From a virus: a stretch of DNA of 64,000 nucleotides. Position numbers and translations under genes: made by a program. Location of the stretch: IMG/VR virus record IMGVR_UViG_3300030419_007903, positions 12,421 through 76,420 of that record; one strand, written 5' to 3'. The notes beneath the pieces are model-generated. The model was not told where the DNA came from. It did not search any database and worked only from the letters and a program-made list of their open reading frames with translations. Position 1 is the first letter of the stretch. Each line of letters starts with the position of its first letter. Positions 44,201-54,812 of the stretch are shown here, piece by piece.

Positions 44201-45095
44201 GTTGGCGTATCCACTCATGAACTTGCATTTTAGGTTTGTATCCAAGTTTAGCGGTCGCTTTTGATATGTCGGCTAAGGTAGTTTGAGCTTCGCCTTGTCG
44301 AGGGGGAATAAAGGTATAATTGGGACTAATGGATGCAGCTATATCAAGAATAGAGGTATTAGTTCCTGAGCCCACATTAAAAATTTCCCCATAACAAGAT
44401 TCGTCAGAAGTTTCCATTGCTTTCATGTTCGCTTGGAGGGCGTCAGAAACATGGGTAAAATCTCGTTTTTGAGAACCATCTCCTACAATGGTCAGCTCTT
44501 CACCTGCATCGCGTTGGCGCAAGAATATTCCTATCACAGGGGCATATTGTCCTTTTAGCGGCTGCCTCTCTCCATAGATATTAAAATATCTAAGTATGAC
44601 AGTTGGGAGGCCCCATAAGGTATAGTACATCTTGCATAAGTCCTCTGCTCCGACTTTGCTAACAGAATATGGATTAAGGCAATCACGAGTCATCTCCTCA
44701 TTGAGTGGGGGAGAATTTTTCAGGCCGTACCCTGCTGATGTTGAGGAGTAAATAACCTTACCTACCCCGTGCTCTTTTGCTGCTTGAAGTACGTTACATG
44801 TCCCGACAAAGTTTACCTTACAGGCATCTTGAGGCCTTTCAAGCGTAGGCTGAATTCTGGATTCGGCGGCTAAATGAAATACAGTAGAAGCTCCCTTAAA
44901 GGCTCCTTCTATCGCTCCGTAATTAAGAATGGATTCTTCTAAATATGTTGCGTTAGGATTTTTAAAAAATTCCTCATTGCACTCTGCTGATAGGTCATCG
45001 ATGACAATTACTTCATGGCCTCTTTTTATTAGCTCGTCCACAATGTGAGAACCGATAAAGCCACATCCGCCGGTTACTATTGAAATGTTACTCAT
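44187..45095 (-). CDS. NAD-dependent NDP-sugar epimerase
   Basis: TGGCGFIGSH, YSVSK, RYFN.YG, RDFTHV.D. Confidence 0.92.
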   Translation of the reverse strand: MSNISIVTGGCGFIGSHIVDELIKRGHEVIVIDDLSAECNEEFFKNPNATYLEESILNYGAIEGAFKGASTVFHLAAESRIQPTLERPQDACKVNFVGTCNVLQAAKEHGVGKVIYSSTSAGYGLKNSPPLNEEMTRDCLNPYSVSKVGAEDLCKMYYTLWGLPTVILRYFNIYGERQPLKGQYAPVIGIFLRQRDAGEELTIVGDGSQKRDFTHVSDALQANMKAMETSDESCYGEIFNVGSGTNTSILDIAASISPNYTFIPPRQGEAQTTLADISKATAKLGYKPKMQVHEWIRQHGTS

Positions 45096-46042
45096 AAGTT
45101 TTGACTCATTACTCCCGTAGGGTCTGTATTGATTTTAATGTAAGGGTGGCGATTGTCAAGTTTTATTTTTTTATTTTTTTCAGTAATTGCTAAAAAGTAG
45201 CCTCCTCCTCCGGCACCACAAAGCTTATGGGCTTTTACTAGTTTATTTTTATTTAAAGACGAGTCTAAATTACGTAATGGTTCGCTCCCGATAATCTCTG
45301 GGCTTGTTTCTTTTTTTATTGCCCAGCTTCGGTTGATGCAAGTAAAGACTTCGTTATAGTTATTAGTTAGTAAAGCCTCCTGCATACGGTTTACTTCCTT
45401 TAAAAGAGGTTTGGCGGCGGATAGATCCAGAGACTGTAATATTTTTGTAGATTCTCGCTGGATATTTGTATATATTAAATAAAAATCAAAATACCTAAAA
45501 ATAGAAATGGGCAACTTGGTAACTTGAAAGTTGTTATGATTGTCAAAATGCATCATTTTGAACCCTCCTATCCCGCATCCAAAAGGATCTTGATACCCGG
45601 TAAGTGGATTAATTTTAGATTCTAACTTATGGGCTATTTGGCATATATTTTCCTGCGTCATTTTAAAACCATATAAAGAATTTATGCCGGAAACAAGGTT
45701 GAGAATATAAGATGAAGAAGATGCTAGCCCCGATCCAAAAGAAAAGACATCCGCATGTAAAGAAACTTTCAAGGGTTTAACATTAAAAAAATCTAATACA
45801 ATTCTCACTACATCGTTCTTTATTTGGTTTATATTGTCACAGCTTTCAAAAGCCGTATAAGAAATAAGATATTTTTTTGTATGATTGTTAAACCCATTTA
45901 CATCCTCGTGTAATGTAGAATATGTATATAAATCGGGAGTGAAGCTGATTACCTTCCCTTCTCCATACTTATCAATGAAAGCAGGAGAATCTGTTGATCC
46001 TCCTGATAAAGAAACACGGAATGGACATTTACTAATTACCAC
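45092..46042 (-). CDS. GHMP kinase (HddA heptose-7-phosphate kinase-like)
   Basis: PFRVSLSGGSTD, GSGLASSS, GYQD, KLCGAGGGGY. Confidence 0.9.
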   Translation of the reverse strand: MVISKCPFRVSLSGGSTDSPAFIDKYGEGKVISFTPDLYTYSTLHEDVNGFNNHTKKYLISYTAFESCDNINQIKNDVVRIVLDFFNVKPLKVSLHADVFSFGSGLASSSSYILNLVSGINSLYGFKMTQENICQIAHKLESKINPLTGYQDPFGCGIGGFKMMHFDNHNNFQVTKLPISIFRYFDFYLIYTNIQRESTKILQSLDLSAAKPLLKEVNRMQEALLTNNYNEVFTCINRSWAIKKETSPEIIGSEPLRNLDSSLNKNKLVKAHKLCGAGGGGYFLAITEKNKKIKLDNRHPYIKINTDPTGVMSQNL

Positions 46043-46757
46043 TTAAGCGTTTTCTTAGTTCTGATGAGGACCAATCGTGGTTGCGCTCATGATAAATAAC
46101 ACCGCTAGAAAACTCTTGCCCAGTGGCTTTTTTACCTCTGTAGTCAGAACCTAGAATTCTAATGTCAGGATTAAGCCTCTTTAAGATATTAAATAACTGT
46201 TTCTCTGTCTCATAAATAATAATTTCATTGACATAGGAAGTAGCCTCTAGTTGAATTTTTCTTTCCTCTAAAGATTGGACTGGGGAATTTTTACGTTGAC
46301 GTAAGGTTCTTTTAGTAGGGGCTTCAGCGGAAGGGTCTATCTGAAGACCTGCATAAAGATAATCGCATACAGTCTTAGCTTCTTTTAAAAAAAGACAATG
46401 TCCTGCATGAAGCAAATCGAAGGCTCCGGCTACAAAGCCGGTAACGGTAACACTATTTTCTTTTCTCCAGTCATAGGCGTTCTGGGCCTTATCGTCTACT
46501 AGTAAGTCATAATGAGGCTTGCCTTTGTCGATTAGTTCGTCATACTTAACTTCCCATTTCTTAAGTTGAGAAACTGTTGTTTTATGCCAATTGATGCCGG
46601 AACCAGATCCACGAGCCGTAAAAATTTTTATAGAATGGCCTGCGTCAAACAGGCCGTTAACGTATTTGATAACACTTGTATAGGGAACTGCTTCTTCATA
46701 TTTCTTTGAAGAAGGGCTGGCGCATAGAGTGTTGTCTAAGTCGAAGCAATAAGTCAT
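46032..46757 (-). CDS. HAD phosphatase fused to TagD-like cytidylyltransferase
   Basis: FDLDNTL/TAR/KP/DDK, then GAFDLLHAGH, GSDY, SSS.LR. Confidence 0.9.
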   Translation of the reverse strand: MTYCFDLDNTLCASPSSKKYEEAVPYTSVIKYVNGLFDAGHSIKIFTARGSGSGINWHKTTVSQLKKWEVKYDELIDKGKPHYDLLVDDKAQNAYDWRKENSVTVTGFVAGAFDLLHAGHCLFLKEAKTVCDYLYAGLQIDPSAEAPTKRTLRQRKNSPVQSLEERKIQLEATSYVNEIIIYETEKQLFNILKRLNPDIRILGSDYRGKKATGQEFSSGVIYHERNHDWSSSELRKRLSGN

Positions 46758-47851
46758 TTTTCTTTATATATGTCTGCGTAACGCTCGACACATTTTTCTA
46801 GCTTGTATACTTCTTCCCATTTTGTCAAGCTTTGAGTTGACAAAAAGTTATAATATTCTTTGTTTTGTTTTAGTTCTTTAAGCGCCTCTGCGTAAATTTC
46901 TATAGAATTGCATATTATTCCACACCCTGCTAGCTGCTCTAGGTGGCCATTGTTCAGCGCGGGATGGGACACGCAAGGCTTCCCATGGTAAAGAGCTTCA
47001 ATTATAGCTGCAGAGCATACTTCCCCGTCTAAACGTCCATGAGCGAAAACGTCCAAGCCTTCCACGAAATCATTGATATCCTCCACGTTAGCATTAAAAT
47101 CTAAAAAATAACAGTTCTTTAGGTTTAGCTCTTTGGCTTGCTCTTTGTACTTGTTAGCCCCTCCTAGCATAACAAAGCAAGTCTCGTCATTCTCTATTTT
47201 AGAATATGCCTCTAATGGAACCCTAGAGAAAATATCCTCCCGATTGCCTTGATGCATTCCGTAAATAAAAACATCTTCACTTACTCCAATTACAGAGCGC
47301 AGGCTTGACGGTTTCCTAGGTGGAACTTCTACTAAAGTAGGGATAACTTCTACTTTTTTTGCATTTCCTCCATTTTTGATCCAATTGTCAGCTTGAGAGC
47401 GTGAAATCAAAACTGTTTTTAAAATATTATCTCTCAACTCAACACCTTCGTTGCCTTGAGAGTGAATACTATCAATAAAAAAACTGTTATTCATTTGATT
47501 ATAAGGGAACTCTTCGTAGCCCCCTCTGCCTGTTTGGACTAAATCGTATTTAGAAGAATCAAATATGTCAAAAAAGTCAGTGTCAACCCATCGCGAATGC
47601 TGTCCGGGTCGATCATCTCGGGCGGAGCACTCTACTTTAATTAAATTAATGTCATTTTTTTTACAATATTCAACCCTCTCGATGCTAGTTGCTGGATGTA
47701 CAAAAGAATTTCCTATTAGTGGAGTGTCGTCAGTATAGTAAAAATCAATATTAAAAATATCTTTGGGGAGATGAGCTGCTAAAGTTTGTAAATATTTTTC
47801 TACTCCTCCCGCAGCCATTCCTGCGTATTTTATAAAAGCTAATCTTATCAT
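46754..47851 (-). CDS. GT4-like glycosyltransferase
   Basis: GGVEK, LDVFAHGR.DGE...AIIEA. Confidence 0.85.
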   Translation of the reverse strand: MIRLAFIKYAGMAAGGVEKYLQTLAAHLPKDIFNIDFYYTDDTPLIGNSFVHPATSIERVEYCKKNDINLIKVECSARDDRPGQHSRWVDTDFFDIFDSSKYDLVQTGRGGYEEFPYNQMNNSFFIDSIHSQGNEGVELRDNILKTVLISRSQADNWIKNGGNAKKVEVIPTLVEVPPRKPSSLRSVIGVSEDVFIYGMHQGNREDIFSRVPLEAYSKIENDETCFVMLGGANKYKEQAKELNLKNCYFLDFNANVEDINDFVEGLDVFAHGRLDGEVCSAAIIEALYHGKPCVSHPALNNGHLEQLAGCGIICNSIEIYAEALKELKQNKEYYNFLSTQSLTKWEEVYKLEKCVERYADIYKEK

Positions 47852-48552
47852 CTTTGACCTAAATCTAACGTCGATTTAAACATGCCGTTCTTGGAGCCTT
47901 GCTCGATTAAAGAAGGGTGCCACCAATACACTCGGGCATTAGCGGCATAAAGTTGATAAGCAAGCTCCCAGTCGCTAATTAAGTGAAAGGGCTTTGCCCC
48001 ATTGTAGATAGTTCGTGCTATGTCTTTTTTAATTAAATATCCTTCGGCACAATTAGTAGCAGGGTGACCCATCAGGAAGCAGCGAGGGTTATTCTCCACA
48101 TGCTGAAGTCCTTTTAATTTAATCTCTTGAAACCATTCTCCGCATCCTGTTCCAATAAAAATGGCATCCCAATCTGCCGGTGTACTTTCTAATTCTTGTT
48201 CAAGTCTTGCAGAGAAATTGTCTACAAGTACAATGTCATCCTCCAAAATTAGAGAATAATCAGCGGAAGACTCGGATGCTCGTCGTATTGCCTCAAAATG
48301 TTTAATAGTGCAGGAAATTTCAGGCATGTTTAGTTCTCGATATTTAAACTCTTCAGTATCCCAAAGAGGGGCTATCTTAGATTCATATTTTGTAACATCC
48401 TTCTCGTAAAAAGAATCAATAATTTGGGGATCAAGGACTTCCTGATCATATTCTGAGATCACCTCTGCTTTTATCCCGAACTTAGAGAACTGAAAATCAA
48501 CAAATTCTTTTCTGTCTTTAAGCTTTGTATAGTGGACTAGATAAGTGTTCAT
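47848..48552 (-). CDS. GT25-like glycosyltransferase
   Basis: EISCTIKH, LILEDD, GYLI. Confidence 0.85.
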   Translation of the reverse strand: MNTYLVHYTKLKDRKEFVDFQFSKFGIKAEVISEYDQEVLDPQIIDSFYEKDVTKYESKIAPLWDTEEFKYRELNMPEISCTIKHFEAIRRASESSADYSLILEDDIVLVDNFSARLEQELESTPADWDAIFIGTGCGEWFQEIKLKGLQHVENNPRCFLMGHPATNCAEGYLIKKDIARTIYNGAKPFHLISDWELAYQLYAANARVYWWHPSLIEQGSKNGMFKSTLDLGQR

Positions 48553-49667
48553 TTGCGGACCATTTCCTCTATGATATTATTTAAAGAGCGTTCTATTTTC
48601 CATTCAGGATAATGGCTTTTAAATTTACTAAGATCTGAAATATACCACACATGATCTCCGATCCGGTTTTCTTTTTGAAGTGTGTAATTATCGTATTTTA
48701 ATCCTGCAATTTCATTAACCTTAGCTATGGCCTCTATAACTGAAATGGAGTTATACCTTCCTCCTCCGGCATTGTAAACTTCTCCTTTTCGAGGTTTTTG
48801 ATGGTAGTGCCAGAACATTTTAACTAAATCCGTGGCGTCAATATTATCTCGCACTTGCTTACCTTTGTATCCAAAAATTTTATAAGGCTTGTTTTTAGTT
48901 ACGCACTTTATTAGATAGGATAGAAAACCATGGAGCTCTACTCCCGAATGATTAAACCCAGTTAAACAACCTCCACGAAAAATGCCAATATTCATTCCAA
49001 AATATCGACCATATTCTTGACACATAATATCTGCTGCGACTTTAGACGCTCCAAAAATAGAATGCTTATTTTGGTCTATAGGCATAGATTCGTCAATCTG
49101 CGCGGAAGGAAAAACAATACTTGTTGTTTTGGCTATAGATGCCATTTCCGGACTGATAAAAAATCCTTCATAACGGGTTTCCTGTTCTTTTATTATTAAA
49201 TGATTATACCCTCCATCACTTTTTCCTGTTTCAAAAGAAAAATTTGGGCGATCGCCATAGACTTTATTGGTTGAAGTGAATATAAAAGTGGCTTCTTTGC
49301 TGTGAAGGCGTGTTAGTTCTAGTAAATTAATAGTTCCAACAGCGTTAATATCAAAATCAGTAAGGGGCTCCTTGCAGGCCCAATCGTGGGACGGTTGAGC
49401 GGCGGTATGTATAATTATATCAAACTTATTTTGTTTAAATATATCTTCTAACTTGTCGCGATCTCTAATATCAACGCTATGGTGGGTGTAAGAAGCTCCC
49501 AATTCCAAACATAAAGAATTTAAATTATCTTTATTGGAGCCAGCATCTCCGAAGAAGTAAGACCGCATATCATTATCTATTCCGACTATGTCGTACCCTT
49601 GCTTGTAAAAAAAGTGAGCTGCGTGGCTCCCTACTAATCCTGCTGATCCTGTGATTAATGCTTTCAA
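48549..49667 (-). CDS. NAD-dependent epimerase (CDP-paratose 2-epimerase-like)
   Basis: TGSAGLVG, AAQPSHD, STNKVYG, GASK, GKQVRD. Confidence 0.88.
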   Translation of the reverse strand: MKALITGSAGLVGSHAAHFFYKQGYDIVGIDNDMRSYFFGDAGSNKDNLNSLCLELGASYTHHSVDIRDRDKLEDIFKQNKFDIIIHTAAQPSHDWACKEPLTDFDINAVGTINLLELTRLHSKEATFIFTSTNKVYGDRPNFSFETGKSDGGYNHLIIKEQETRYEGFFISPEMASIAKTTSIVFPSAQIDESMPIDQNKHSIFGASKVAADIMCQEYGRYFGMNIGIFRGGCLTGFNHSGVELHGFLSYLIKCVTKNKPYKIFGYKGKQVRDNIDATDLVKMFWHYHQKPRKGEVYNAGGGRYNSISVIEAIAKVNEIAGLKYDNYTLQKENRIGDHVWYISDLSKFKSHYPEWKIERSLNNIIEEMVRK

Positions 49668-50602
49668 ATACTTGGAATAATTGTTTTTATAAAAAAGTCA
49701 AGCACCGCTTGGGGCTTAAATTCTTCTTTAATTTTATTTTCTTTAAATAAAGGTTCTTTTGCGTACTTTTCGTAAAGCTCTTTGTTATTATCAACTTCTT
49801 TTACATAACTAACCAACTCATAGATATTTTTAAAATTATTTAAATTAATAAAGCTCTTAGGGTTAAAGTCATTACTAACTCTTTCGTCTGCGTTGTATAT
49901 AGGCACCGTTCCTGATGTCTTAGCGTGAAAGCATTTCTCGGTATAATAACCGGGATGTATATTATTCTCAAAGCAAATAGAAAATTTATAATCTTTCAAA
50001 ATCTCATATTTTTTACTTTCTCCATAAAACCAATTTCCAAAAGGAGTGCCGTATCCATCTACTGGCTTGTAGCGATTCGCAAATTCGTTATAAACTTCGG
50101 TCCTCTGTGGTACAGGATTATTAAAAATAAAAGCACAAAATTTTGTTTTAGGGTTTTTCGTATATGGATTATCATTAATGCAATCAGGTGGGAGTAGATA
50201 CTCTGGATTGCCATACCCCTTTTTATTAAACCAGTCTATTTGCAGCGCCCATAATGGCAATCTAAATTGACGCGGGTCATCGGAAAAGTCAAAAGTAAAG
50301 GCGTAATCACATTGGCCAATACTGTAATTTGCAGCATGATTAGATATCTCTAATGATTTTGGGCTATCAAAATTAGCACTAACGCTCTCGCCTGTGTAAA
50401 ATATTTTTTTGCAACGGTGGCTAGCGTATAAATTTCTTTCTCGTTGCCGGGCGTAATCTACAGAAAAGAACAAAAGGTCTGGATCCGACTCGTCTATCTC
50501 AACATCAAAAGAAGTAGATAAAAGGTGATAAAAATAATTATTATCTTTTTGGAAGTCGGGCCAAAAGTCACAAAAATTTATTTTTAAAATAGGGTTGCTC
50601 AT
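49664..50602 (-). CDS. GT10 alpha-1,3-fucosyltransferase-like protein
   Basis: FYTGE, YKFSICFEN...GYYTEK, VPIY. Confidence 0.88.
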   Translation of the reverse strand: MSNPILKINFCDFWPDFQKDNNYFYHLLSTSFDVEIDESDPDLLFFSVDYARQRERNLYASHRCKKIFYTGESVSANFDSPKSLEISNHAANYSIGQCDYAFTFDFSDDPRQFRLPLWALQIDWFNKKGYGNPEYLLPPDCINDNPYTKNPKTKFCAFIFNNPVPQRTEVYNEFANRYKPVDGYGTPFGNWFYGESKKYEILKDYKFSICFENNIHPGYYTEKCFHAKTSGTVPIYNADERVSNDFNPKSFINLNNFKNIYELVSYVKEVDNNKELYEKYAKEPLFKENKIKEEFKPQAVLDFFIKTIIPSI

Positions 50603-51333
50603 TTATAAACACTTGAAGGGTTCCATTCAGTTCCGTCATCTTTGTTTATGTCATTGGCCTCAAAGGGCTTGCCAATGAAATCTATCGGGTTATTGTCGTG
50701 TTGCCCTTTCCAGAATTTAACTTCAGGCCACCGAGAGGTTCCAAGCCTTTCTACTGGGAAAGGGTGTTGGTTTTTACACCTCTCTGGAAAAAATTCATCA
50801 TGTTCAAAGCAATTGTCTTTGATAATAGGATAAATAGTGTTCTCTAAAAAACGTTGGTCTACCTGCCAAAAGTCACCTTTTTTGCACGCATCTATTAGGT
50901 CTTTTATGTGCGATAGAATACCATTCCTACATCCCCACATTCCTCCCATTATAGCACATTGATGGCCTCCGTGGTCTCTCATCATATGAAAATCCTTATC
51001 GGACTGAAGCCACTCATCTACTGCTGCTTTTTCTCGGTAACTTAAGCGACAGTCTGTGTCACGGGAAAGCATAACAGATACGGTAGGATCGCCTGCTGCG
51101 TAGAAGCGCCAAAACATCCCCTCCCAGTTGCCTTCCTCTTCCATTCTGATAACTTCTGTATTGTCAAGTTGCTCTAAGACAGAAGTTATTTCCGGGGGCG
51201 TAGATCTGCCTACATAAAAACGGCAAATCCACCCTTCATATATTTGCTTTGCTAGAAAAGCATTTTTTAATGCTCCAATAGTATATTTAGGGTTGTCTCC
51301 CCATAGGCAAAAGCTAATAATTTTTTTTCCCAT
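50599..51333 (-). CDS. Putative glycosyltransferase (ISF.LWG...WRF...SRD.D family)
   Basis: IISFCLWGDNPKY, GMFWRF, SRDTD.R, MRDH, MGGMWG, DQ.FL. Confidence 0.7.
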   Translation of the reverse strand: MGKKIISFCLWGDNPKYTIGALKNAFLAKQIYEGWICRFYVGRSTPPEITSVLEQLDNTEVIRMEEEGNWEGMFWRFYAAGDPTVSVMLSRDTDCRLSYREKAAVDEWLQSDKDFHMMRDHGGHQCAIMGGMWGCRNGILSHIKDLIDACKKGDFWQVDQRFLENTIYPIIKDNCFEHDEFFPERCKNQHPFPVERLGTSRWPEVKFWKGQHDNNPIDFIGKPFEANDINKDDGTEWNPSSVYK

Positions 51334-51335
51334 TA

Positions 51336-52019
51336 TTAAGTGAACGCTGCTTCATCGTGCCATGCGTTGTAGTTTGTGTTAGGCCAATTTAATCTATCAT
51401 CGTCTATGTTCATTAGCTTGCGTACTTCTAAATGTTTTACATTGGAGCAGACTAAAGGCTTCCATTTCTCTTCACTAACGTAATCGGGGTGAATATACCA
51501 ATCTTCTTGGGGTCCGGAATTATTGCCAACATCAGCGCATACTAACTGATATCCATTATCTCCAAATATTCGCCTGCATTCACTTCGGTAAAGCTCTGCG
51601 TCAGAACCGGGCTCGTCTACTTTATAATAATCGTGTTCTACTGTGATGACTTTAAAAGTAAATAAATTATGATCAATGTCATTAACTACTTTTAAGGTAG
51701 CCTCGTCAATATCTAAATCTATATAATCTATAACCGAAGGGCAATTATTTTGCTGAAGCAAGGTTGTGAAGTTATTGCCCATTAGGTTAACTAATGCATA
51801 TTTATTTTCAGAAGATCTTAATTGTTGAGCGAGCTCAATCCAACGGGGCTGCAGGTCTATTAATAAGCCTCTCCAGCCTCTTTCTTCTAGCATATAGGTA
51901 TTGTTTATAAATTTAGGCTCGTAACACCCGACGTCCACAAAGAACCCAGTATCAGAATCTAATATATGATTGACGAAGAGGTCTTGAGACATTTGAGAAT
52001 AATGTTTTATGTCTTTCAT
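51336..52019 (-). CDS. FkbM-family methyltransferase
   Basis: SQ..QD, FVDVG, NNT..LE..GW.G, IDY..LDID, ITVEH. Confidence 0.85.
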   Translation of the reverse strand: MKDIKHYSQMSQDLFVNHILDSDTGFFVDVGCYEPKFINNTYMLEERGWRGLLIDLQPRWIELAQQLRSSENKYALVNLMGNNFTTLLQQNNCPSVIDYIDLDIDEATLKVVNDIDHNLFTFKVITVEHDYYKVDEPGSDAELYRSECRRIFGDNGYQLVCADVGNNSGPQEDWYIHPDYVSEEKWKPLVCSNVKHLEVRKLMNIDDDRLNWPNTNYNAWHDEAAFT

Positions 52020-52687
52020 TGTAAATTGTTAAAAATTTCGTATTCGGTTAAGTCTTTATATGTATGAGAGCCTCCTGAGTGGCCTAATGTTTCACCTTTG
52101 ATTACTTTTTCAAAGAGCCAAATACCTCTGGCGGCTTGCTCTGGAGGCATATACATATTCCATCCCATCATTGTAGGGGCTGGCATTTCTGCGTGAGGCA
52201 CTCGTCTATCTCGCCCTTCGTATTCCGCAAGCTTAAACCACTCCACTGCTTTTTTGTCGTTAGTCAATATCATTCCTCCTTTTGCTATAGCTAAAATCTT
52301 ACGGTAATGAAAAGAAAGACACTGGTATGAATCATCGACATACATTCCTTCATGAAAACAAGTGGCGCTATCAATAACTGGGTAAGGGTCTAAGGGGTAC
52401 ATTCCTAACCAATCTTTGTTTACAAATTCAACTCCACAACCCGCATGAACAATCGCTTGGGGAACCGAAATATAAGTATTTTTAGGAATGCGTATTTTTC
52501 CGGTCGCGTTAAGATATTTTAAACATAAAAATAAAGCATTAGTGCAACTATCTGTGGCTACTGCGTATTTGCTCCCGGCAAAGCGGGCCACTTTGTCTTC
52601 GAAAGCGGACACTACATCCCACGGATCATTGATCTCGTACCCTTGGTTTTTTAATAAAACTATTGCTTTTTCTAAAGGTTCGTACAT
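52016..52687 (-). CDS. Short DegT/DnrJ-family PLP enzyme
   Basis: FE..VA...G.KYAVA..SCT.AL, DSA, SFH..K, GGMILT. Confidence 0.85.
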   Translation of the reverse strand: MYEPLEKAIVLLKNQGYEINDPWDVVSAFEDKVARFAGSKYAVATDSCTNALFLCLKYLNATGKIRIPKNTYISVPQAIVHAGCGVEFVNKDWLGMYPLDPYPVIDSATCFHEGMYVDDSYQCLSFHYRKILAIAKGGMILTNDKKAVEWFKLAEYEGRDRRVPHAEMPAPTMMGWNMYMPPEQAARGIWLFEKVIKGETLGHSGGSHTYKDLTEYEIFNNLQ

Positions 52688-52688
52688 T

Positions 52689-53078
52689 TTACTTTTTATA
52701 ACAGCTTTTATGACTCTTGTGCTCTACAAGAGCGGAATCTGTTTTTGAATTAATTCGCAATTTAACCGCGAATCGATAGTCGTTAAGCGAGTAGACTTGG
52801 CGCGCTGCCTCTATAAACTCAGTGTCAAAATTGGAAGTCATTTCTTTTTCTCTTAACGTCTCCTCTACATCCCATAGTTTTTCATTAATGCGCTTAAGCT
52901 CTTGGTAGTCTTTATTGGAACTTGGGTCGCTATGCAATATGTCAGTAGTTGCTTGAAGCAACGAGTTGTATTCATCACGAATAAAAGGTATCTTATCCTT
53001 TTCTTTTACTCTTTCAAGTTTTATAGAAAGGATTGAGAGTTTGTCAATAATTTCACCATTAGATACTTCTATTTTCAT
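52689..53078 (-). CDS. DUF6165-like protein
   Basis: S.GE..DK..IL.IK, N..LW.VE, AR.VY..ND.R. Confidence 0.8.
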   Translation of the reverse strand: MKIEVSNGEIIDKLSILSIKLERVKEKDKIPFIRDEYNSLLQATTDILHSDPSSNKDYQELKRINEKLWDVEETLREKEMTSNFDTEFIEAARQVYSLNDYRFAVKLRINSKTDSALVEHKSHKSCYKK

Positions 53079-53976
53079 GCTGTATTTTTTTAATCAGATC
53101 TAGATGATGACCAACTTTAAGAAAATCATCTGCTGGCCGAAAATTATAATTAAAATTGAGATAATTTCCAAAACTATCCTCATTTAAATCTTCCCAAGAA
53201 TTAAGGAATAGTCCCGGTAAATTATGAAATAAGAATAAATTTTCCATAATAGTCTTTATATTAATAGGGATGCAATGAAGTGAGAGCGCTTCGTAGTTTC
53301 GATGTATGTCAGGTCCTATTCCTTGAAGGCATGCGGCGAACTTGTATTGATCTAAAAGTCTCATGTAGTCTTTCCAAGGCAATTTTTCGGTTTGAACTTC
53401 AACAAAACGACAGCTTTTTAAATAATTGATGGCTTGTGTGCGCGCTTCCCCTGCTATTCTTCCTTGAGTGGAGTCCACGGGGTGAATCAAATGATAAGGA
53501 AGTAAAATTTTATCTATTTTATCCTCGAAAGGAGTTTTTAAGTCGTAGGCTAATTTGATCGCTTCTTGGTCTCCTCCCGCTCTTTCTTTTTCTTGAAAGC
53601 CAATAGGTAACGGGATAATTTTCTCATGGATAGGGGCGTTGGTGCAAAACCATTTAATAATTAAATCACTATCAAGCAATGATGAAATAGAATATCCATC
53701 GGAAACTTGATAAGAAGATGTGCCGGTAATCAAAACAAATGGCTCAGATATGCGAGGAAGGTACTCTCTCTGAAAAGTTCCATCATAAACATAATCAGTC
53801 TTTACAAAAACAATATCTCCTTGTTTTATTTTAGCGGGGTCTAGATGCTTGCTATGAAGCTTAGAAGTGCTAGCGCTTGAATAAAATTCATCAGATCTGT
53901 CTAAGCAATGGTCCGCGACTGCCCCAAACCAATTGTAGAATATAAAAAAATCTAAATATACTTGATTATTTTCCAT
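53059..53976 (-). CDS. Exostosin/GT47-like protein
   Basis: PLPIG, KFAAC..G.G.D.HR.YEAL...CIPI. Confidence 0.7.
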   Translation of the reverse strand: MENNQVYLDFFIFYNWFGAVADHCLDRSDEFYSSASTSKLHSKHLDPAKIKQGDIVFVKTDYVYDGTFQREYLPRISEPFVLITGTSSYQVSDGYSISSLLDSDLIIKWFCTNAPIHEKIIPLPIGFQEKERAGGDQEAIKLAYDLKTPFEDKIDKILLPYHLIHPVDSTQGRIAGEARTQAINYLKSCRFVEVQTEKLPWKDYMRLLDQYKFAACLQGIGPDIHRNYEALSLHCIPINIKTIMENLFLFHNLPGLFLNSWEDLNEDSFGNYLNFNYNFRPADDFLKVGHHLDLIKKIQHENRSI

Positions 53977-54812
53977 GGTAGAGTAGATTTACCTAAGGGA
54001 ACTGTGCGGATGTCATGGAAATAAAGTTTTTCTGATCTGCCTGCCCACGCGTCAATAAGGCATTTAAAAGAGCTTTCCATGCAATGAACCTCTTCAGCTT
54101 CCTCTATAATTTTCAAATAATGAAATAAATTAAAAGAAGAATTATTTTTTATAATTTTAATCCCATCAGGAAGATCTATTTTTTCTAAATCTATAACATG
54201 CCCTCGACTCATGTCGTCATGAATAAAAACAAAAGGTTCACCATTCGGGTTGAGCTTTTTTAATAGCTCTTCTTCTTGTGTGGTATCTCTTTCTAGGTGA
54301 AACATATTATGACGAACATCTAAGGGAATGCCCATTAACTCATAAAAAATCTCCCAGCAGTTCTTTTTTAATTTAACTGACTCAGGAACATCCACAAAAT
54401 ACTGATGTCCTACTATTTTATAATTATCACAGTTGTAATTATTAAGAAAGGTCGCGACTTCAATAAACTCTCTGTTCTTATTAATTTTTATAACTTGTAT
54501 ACGAGGGTCGTCACGGTACATATGTTGTACTAATGGAAAATAGTTATCCTTAGCAAAAACTCCTACCTTCTTGGATTCGCTTTGATCTAGAAAATATCTT
54601 ACCATTCCGTTGCAAACTATATGGTCCCCAAGGCCAAGGTGGTGGTGTATGTAAAGCCTGTCGGGTTCCCAAGAGGGAGTCCCCTCGGGCAAACTTTTAT
54701 CTACCTTGAATCCTTCTATTTCACCGTTCCTAAAAGCTTGCTTAAGTATGGCGCTACCTTCATCCAGAGCTCTCAGAACTTGATCGTTAAATTCTTTTTG
54801 TTTGTCTGCCAT
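53952..54812 (-). CDS. GT9-like glycosyltransferase
   Basis: HLGLGDHI..NG, IIEEA.E.H...SSF. Confidence 0.65.
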   Translation of the reverse strand: MADKQKEFNDQVLRALDEGSAILKQAFRNGEIEGFKVDKSLPEGTPSWEPDRLYIHHHLGLGDHIVCNGMVRYFLDQSESKKVGVFAKDNYFPLVQHMYRDDPRIQVIKINKNREFIEVATFLNNYNCDNYKIVGHQYFVDVPESVKLKKNCWEIFYELMGIPLDVRHNMFHLERDTTQEEELLKKLNPNGEPFVFIHDDMSRGHVIDLEKIDLPDGIKIIKNNSSFNLFHYLKIIEEAEEVHCMESSFKCLIDAWAGRSEKLYFHDIRTVPLGKSTLPWKIIKYI

